DNA of 37,873 nucleotides. Origin: a virus. Taxonomy: Duplodnaviria > Caudoviricetes. The stretch lies in the IMG/VR virus record IMGVR_UViG_3300030372_004539, positions 1-37,873 of that record, one strand, 5' to 3'. The position numbers were made by a program, and so were the translations under genes. The notes beneath the pieces were generated by a model that was not told the origin of the DNA, made no database searches, and saw only the letters and a list, made by a program, of their open reading frames with translations. This document shows positions 34,274 to 37,873 of this stretch, in pieces (within the stretch, counting starts at the first letter, position 1; the number at the start of each line of letters is the position of its first letter).

Positions 34274-34986
34274 TACTCATTCCTCCATGCGCTGTAACGG
34301 CGCATACCTTCTTCACTGTTAATATAATCAAGGAGACGGCTACGTCCCTCGCTGTCCATGCGGCTAGGTCGGTGCCTGCCCATGCTTTTACACCACGAGG
34401 CTACGTCTTCGTAGGTAATCCCGTGGTCACTTAGCTCAGCACAGAACGCGGCTTGGTCTGAAGGCCAGTTAACGTCCTTGGGTGGCTCAGGCATAGCCCA
34501 GATAGGGAGGGCCGGCCTACGAACGAACACCCACTTACCCTTAACGTTGATCTTAATGTAGTCAACGCCGGGCTCCTTAGCTGAGTAGTGCTCTACCGTA
34601 TCGTGCCACTGAGTACCCAGGCCATAGAGATACCTGCCGATCCCCCACTTAACAGCAGCACGCTTGAACGCGCCTGAGTAGCCTCCCTTAATGGCCTCGA
34701 TGTTAGTGTTCTCGGCACCGTCACGCTTCCAGATCCACTGATCTTTAGAAGCATCCCAGATACCAATCGAACACATAAGGCCACCATCAGGACCAGGACT
34801 ATACTCGTCCTGCCAATTGCTAGGCCCGACAACTGAGTCGAGCCTATCCATCACAGCCCTAGCCGTCAGGTAAGCAAGCAGCGTGCAGCTAGGCGGGGTC
34901 TTACTAGACGCCTGCCCAACACGCCACTCTATCTCCGACGGGTCAAACGGTACAGCTAGTGCACCATAGTCAATTGATTTCATCAT
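34273..34986 (-). CDS. sak: Rad52/Rad22-family (Sak-like) single-strand annealing protein
   Basis: PF...IEWRV, AYLTARAVMDRLD.VVG..NW, KGGYSGAFKRAAVKWGIGRYLY. Confidence 0.9.
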   Translation of the reverse strand: MMKSIDYGALAVPFDPSEIEWRVGQASSKTPPSCTLLAYLTARAVMDRLDSVVGPSNWQDEYSPGPDGGLMCSIGIWDASKDQWIWKRDGAENTNIEAIKGGYSGAFKRAAVKWGIGRYLYGLGTQWHDTVEHYSAKEPGVDYIKINVKGKWVFVRRPALPIWAMPEPPKDVNWPSDQAAFCAELSDHGITYEDVASWCKSMGRHRPSRMDSEGRSRLLDYINSEEGMRRYSAWRNE

Positions 34987-35155
34987 CTCTCCTAGTCACC
35001 CAGTAAGCCAGCCATAAGGAGGCGGTTAAGGATGAGTTGAATACATACTCTGGCTTATTGTGGATGGAGAGAGCCCAGAGCCCAGCGCCATTGCTAACAA
35101 GGCGAACGCTACCGGACTCCTCCATCTTCTTAATTACCTGGAAGTCCTCAAGCAT
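34970..35155 (-). CDS. Hypothetical protein
   Basis: Short ORF overlapping both neighbours in the operon. Confidence 0.55.
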   Translation of the reverse strand: MLEDFQVIKKMEESGSVRLVSNGAGLWALSIHNKPEYVFNSSLTASLWLAYWVTRRDDEIN

Positions 35156-35393
35156 CCTTGGTTGGCTTATCCTTAGTGGCCTGGATCGCTAGCTCATTGT
35201 CGCTAAGCTTGGCACTACGAAAGAACAAGCCACGGTTACGAGCAGCACCATAAGCTTGGACGCGGAACGATTCGATATCGCACTCAAAGTCCTCGCCCTT
35301 AGTGACCTTGTAGATTTCCCCGTCAAACAAGGAATCCCAGTCATACTTAGAGGCACGCATAGTCTTGGGCCAGTTATCAAGTGTTGCAGGCAT
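35148..35393 (-). CDS. Hypothetical small protein, possibly DNA-binding (SKYDW motif)
   Basis: AAGGAG RBS; 81 aa. Confidence 0.65.
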   Translation of the reverse strand: MPATLDNWPKTMRASKYDWDSLFDGEIYKVTKGEDFECDIESFRVQAYGAARNRGLFFRSAKLSDNELAIQATKDKPTKDA

Positions 35394-35408
35394 CTTATAT
35401 ACTCCTTA

Positions 35409-36053
35409 TCAATGCTGATAATAATCAACGTTAGGGACGTTAGTGTCCCAGCAAGCGCGGCAAGGGCCGCATTTGTTATCGCGAGATTTAGCCTCGCACT
35501 TAAACCCAACGCCGGAATCGACGCTAGATGTATGGACCATGCCCTTAAAGGCACGGAGTTTGGGTGGAGGGCTTCCGATCTTAACACCGCTGATTCTAAC
35601 ACAGAGGTTATCAGGGAAGCTACCGTATTCATTAAGGTACTTGCTGATAAACCCACGCTCCTGAGTGGGCAACCAGTGGTCTATGTGAGGTGTTAACTCA
35701 GCAGCCTTGACGATGTTACGAAGGTGCCAAATACCCTGTAAGTCTCCAGAGTCAAACCACCTAAAGTGATTCACGCCTTTTGACTTACATCGCCTCTCGA
35801 TAAGAAGCACAACAGCGTCAACCCATAGGTCATGGTTTAGGTTGGCCAGTCTTTTATTAAGGCCGGCTTGAACACTAGGGAAGGTGTAGTTACCTCTCAT
35901 GGCATAGCACTTATGGCATGGCGTGCCCGGTATCTTAGCAAGCTTAGACCCAGTTATGCAGGCCTCCGCAGGGATAGAGAGCCCAAACCCAGGCATCTTA
36001 GATGGCTTGGATAAATCTGCCCCGACAATAGCAACGGCATCCTTAACCCTCAT
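35409..36053 (-). CDS. Gp88-family Cys-rich (Fe-S / radical-SAM-like) protein
   Basis: SKPSKMPG, Cx13Cx2CYA, FRWFDSGD, HWLPT, C-terminal Cx8Cx2Cx2CW. Confidence 0.78.
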   Translation of the reverse strand: MRVKDAVAIVGADLSKPSKMPGFGLSIPAEACITGSKLAKIPGTPCHKCYAMRGNYTFPSVQAGLNKRLANLNHDLWVDAVVLLIERRCKSKGVNHFRWFDSGDLQGIWHLRNIVKAAELTPHIDHWLPTQERGFISKYLNEYGSFPDNLCVRISGVKIGSPPPKLRAFKGMVHTSSVDSGVGFKCEAKSRDNKCGPCRACWDTNVPNVDYYQH

Positions 36054-36441
36054 CTGATACCTCCACCTTCATGGACTCCATTACATGGAGCAGCCGCTCT
36101 CTGTTAGGTCCGGTGATGGGCTTGCCCCTAGACCAGTTCGCAATACTGCGAACGTGACAGGACATCATAAGAGCAATCACCTGCTTCTTATACCCGGCAT
36201 CAACAAGAGCCTTAATTGCCCTCTTCTGCCAAGGGATAGCCGGGTCGTGCTTAGTGGTGTGCACGCTCTCTGCCCTAGGCGCATTGATGGTAAGGCACCC
36301 AACGCTAGGGCCTAGGTGATCGCCAAGTATTACCTCCACCCGTATAGACCCATCATGGCCTAGCTCTTGGATGTTGATGGTATACTTGTCGCTGCTAAGC
36401 CAAGCATCACCATCGCCACTATCATTAAAGTACTCAATCAT
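36043..36441 (-). CDS. Hypothetical protein with C-terminal HTH
   Basis: Start moved to ATG 36441 (GGAGAGGG RBS); GYKKQVIALMMSCHVRSIANWSRG HTH-like segment. Confidence 0.6.
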   Translation of the reverse strand: MIEYFNDSGDGDAWLSSDKYTINIQELGHDGSIRVEVILGDHLGPSVGCLTINAPRAESVHTTKHDPAIPWQKRAIKALVDAGYKKQVIALMMSCHVRSIANWSRGKPITGPNRERLLHVMESMKVEVSDEG

Positions 36442-36739
36442 TGGCCCTCTCCAGGCTATCTTTGTATTGCTCGACGAACTTACTGGCTGCGAACCTTGCT
36501 GAGTGCAAGTCGCCATCGTAGTAGTACCGCTCGGTAAGCAGGCCGCGCCTAAGGCGATCGCCCATACCACTGAACTCCATAACCCATCCGTAGTCAGGGT
36601 CTTTGGGGTAGTAGATAGTAGCCCTTGCGATGACTGTGGATAGCTCGCCGTATTTATCGTCATAGTCTAACTGCCACAGGGTATACATAGCCCTGTCACC
36701 CCAGTCAGAACCTGATATCTCATAGGTAGTATCAATCAT
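36434..36739 (-). CDS. Hypothetical protein
   Basis: GAGGT RBS and ATGA coupling. Confidence 0.65.
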   Translation of the reverse strand: MIDTTYEISGSDWGDRAMYTLWQLDYDDKYGELSTVIARATIYYPKDPDYGWVMEFSGMGDRLRRGLLTERYYYDGDLHSARFAASKFVEQYKDSLERAND

Positions 36740-36954
36740 GGGTTAACCTCGAATACGCACACATTCCTAAGCTTGTTGTAGCGTGCGTTAATTGTCATGG
36801 GGGCAGAACGCTTAGCGTCATGGATGTTAATGTATCTACCTACATCCCTGCCCACGTTAGCGATGATGAAGTCTCGACCTTGCTGCCAGTCATCTAGCAG
36901 CGCCTTCTTTGACTTATAGTCCCGGCCATACGCTGGCTTAATGATCATGAACAT
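36736..36954 (-). CDS. Hypothetical phage protein (PAYGRDYKS motif)
   Basis: 72-aa ORF, coupled within the operon. Confidence 0.7.
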   Translation of the reverse strand: MFMIIKPAYGRDYKSKKALLDDWQQGRDFIIANVGRDVGRYINIHDAKRSAPMTINARYNKLRNVCVFEVNP

Positions 36955-36957
36955 AGA

Positions 36958-37545
36958 TCACCCCTGCTTATATGTGTCGAAGTCAAGGGGTAGTCCGTGG
37001 ATCTCGTATAGCTTGCAGATAGCGTTGACTAACCCATCACCCGTAGAGGTAATAGGCCCATCGCCAAGCTTAGCCTCAAGCTGTCCAATCCTATGCTCTT
37101 GGAGTTTAAGCTCGTCGTCTAGAGAGCTAACCTGAGACTCCATCTCAGAGATAGAGGTGCTAAGGGTATCCGTCTTATCCTCAAGGTCAGTAATGAGGTT
37201 GCCGTGAGCGTCTAGCTGGCCGCTGAAGTCGTTATCGTCATCAGCGATAGCGTCTAGAATCTCAGACTTAACGTCGTTCTTCCAGTCGTAGCTATCAATC
37301 CCAAACCCAGCTAGCTCGCCAGTAACCTTCTCGCTTAGCCACTCGCTATCAAGCTCGTCGCTAACATAGTCCGAGATGACGTTAGCAACCGCGTCACTAA
37401 CGAGGTCATCGATGTCGTCCCTTAGTGAGCCGACTTGATCGGATACCTCGTCGATATTGTCACGGTTAGTGCGGCCACGGTTAAGGGCAACGTGGGTGGC
37501 GTTAATCAAGCCACGGAAAGTGTAGTCAATAGTATCGTCTCTCAT
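36958..37545 (-). CDS. Highly acidic coiled-coil protein
   Basis: 195 aa, Asp/Glu-rich heptads. Confidence 0.72.
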   Translation of the reverse strand: MRDDTIDYTFRGLINATHVALNRGRTNRDNIDEVSDQVGSLRDDIDDLVSDAVANVISDYVSDELDSEWLSEKVTGELAGFGIDSYDWKNDVKSEILDAIADDDNDFSGQLDAHGNLITDLEDKTDTLSTSISEMESQVSSLDDELKLQEHRIGQLEAKLGDGPITSTGDGLVNAICKLYEIHGLPLDFDTYKQG

Positions 37546-37550
37546 ATCAT

Positions 37551-37865
37551 CTATCCTTCGATGCAGTTGTCGCAGTAATCAACATCTGCATGCCTAGTTT
37601 CGGGCATGCAATTAGCGCATGACCATCTTTGGTTTGTAGCCATGGCACGCTTGCGCCTAGTAATAGTCCTCTTAACAAAAACAGTTTCATCATCTACTTC
37701 ATAGTCTCCATTCACTATCCGATGTGCCTCCTCTATTGTTAGCTCTGGGTAGTGCTCAATTAGCATTTCAATTGCCACCCTTGGGTTAGTCTTGTACTGG
37801 CTTACGATGTTCGAGATAAACACTGGCGCACTAAATGTGGCCGATGCACTATCTAGCCAAGTCAT
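37551..37865 (-). CDS. Hypothetical protein with C-terminal Cys4 motif; may start at position 30 across the circular junction
   Basis: CANC...CDNC; no RBS visible before 37865 within the window. Confidence 0.65.
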   Translation of the reverse strand: MTWLDSASATFSAPVFISNIVSQYKTNPRVAIEMLIEHYPELTIEEAHRIVNGDYEVDDETVFVKRTITRRKRAMATNQRWSCANCMPETRHADVDYCDNCIEG

Positions 37866-37873
37866 ATCTCTGA

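Larger units (their letters stand above)
1..37873. mobile_element. Tailed dsDNA bacteriophage genome (podovirus-like), probably complete and circular
   Basis: TerS/TerL, scaffold, capsid, portal, nozzle, ejection, lysis and replication genes with no host housekeeping genes; minus-strand operon continues across the window ends. Confidence 0.93.

Noticed and set aside
36442-36663. N-terminal extension of the 36043..36663 ORF
   Set aside because: Overlaps 36434..36739 in another frame; ATG 36441 has its own RBS and coupling
1-37873. Stop-codon reassignment or an alternative genetic code
   Set aside because: Standard code gives dense, coupled, full-length genes ending in TAA, TAG and TGA; no suppressor tRNA seen

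Overview
The window looks like an essentially complete ~37.9 kb circular (or circularly permuted) genome of an uncultured tailed dsDNA phage with podovirus-like virion genes. It has two divergent transcription blocks. The minus-strand 'early' block runs across the window ends (1928->30, then 37865->33264) and encodes small hypotheticals, two acidic coiled-coil proteins, a Gp88-family Fe-S/radical-SAM-like protein, a Rad52/Sak annealase and an SSB ending in DDIPF. The plus-strand block (2479-33160) encodes an XRE HTH, DnaB-like helicase, RuvC-like resolvase, secreted SLT, TerS, TerL, scaffold, major capsid, portal (after the capsid gene), adaptor, nozzle, tail/ejection proteins, M15 endolysin, tandem-LamG protein, holin/spanin-like membrane proteins, a ParB-like protein and four very basic proteins. 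I recognised no integrase, DNA polymerase, primase, replication initiator, tRNA or CRISPR array. The most unusual signals are: (i) about ten CTAC-N6-GTAG palindromes at roughly 22 bp spacing beside a perfect IHF consensus in the divergent control region; (ii) two inverted AGTATC-repeat/GC-tail origin-like elements bracketing 620-2680; (iii) the basic-protein cassette, which has a synonymously saturated internal repeat and a shared FRxWYxxNRxK motif. All product calls come from motifs read by eye, not from database searches.
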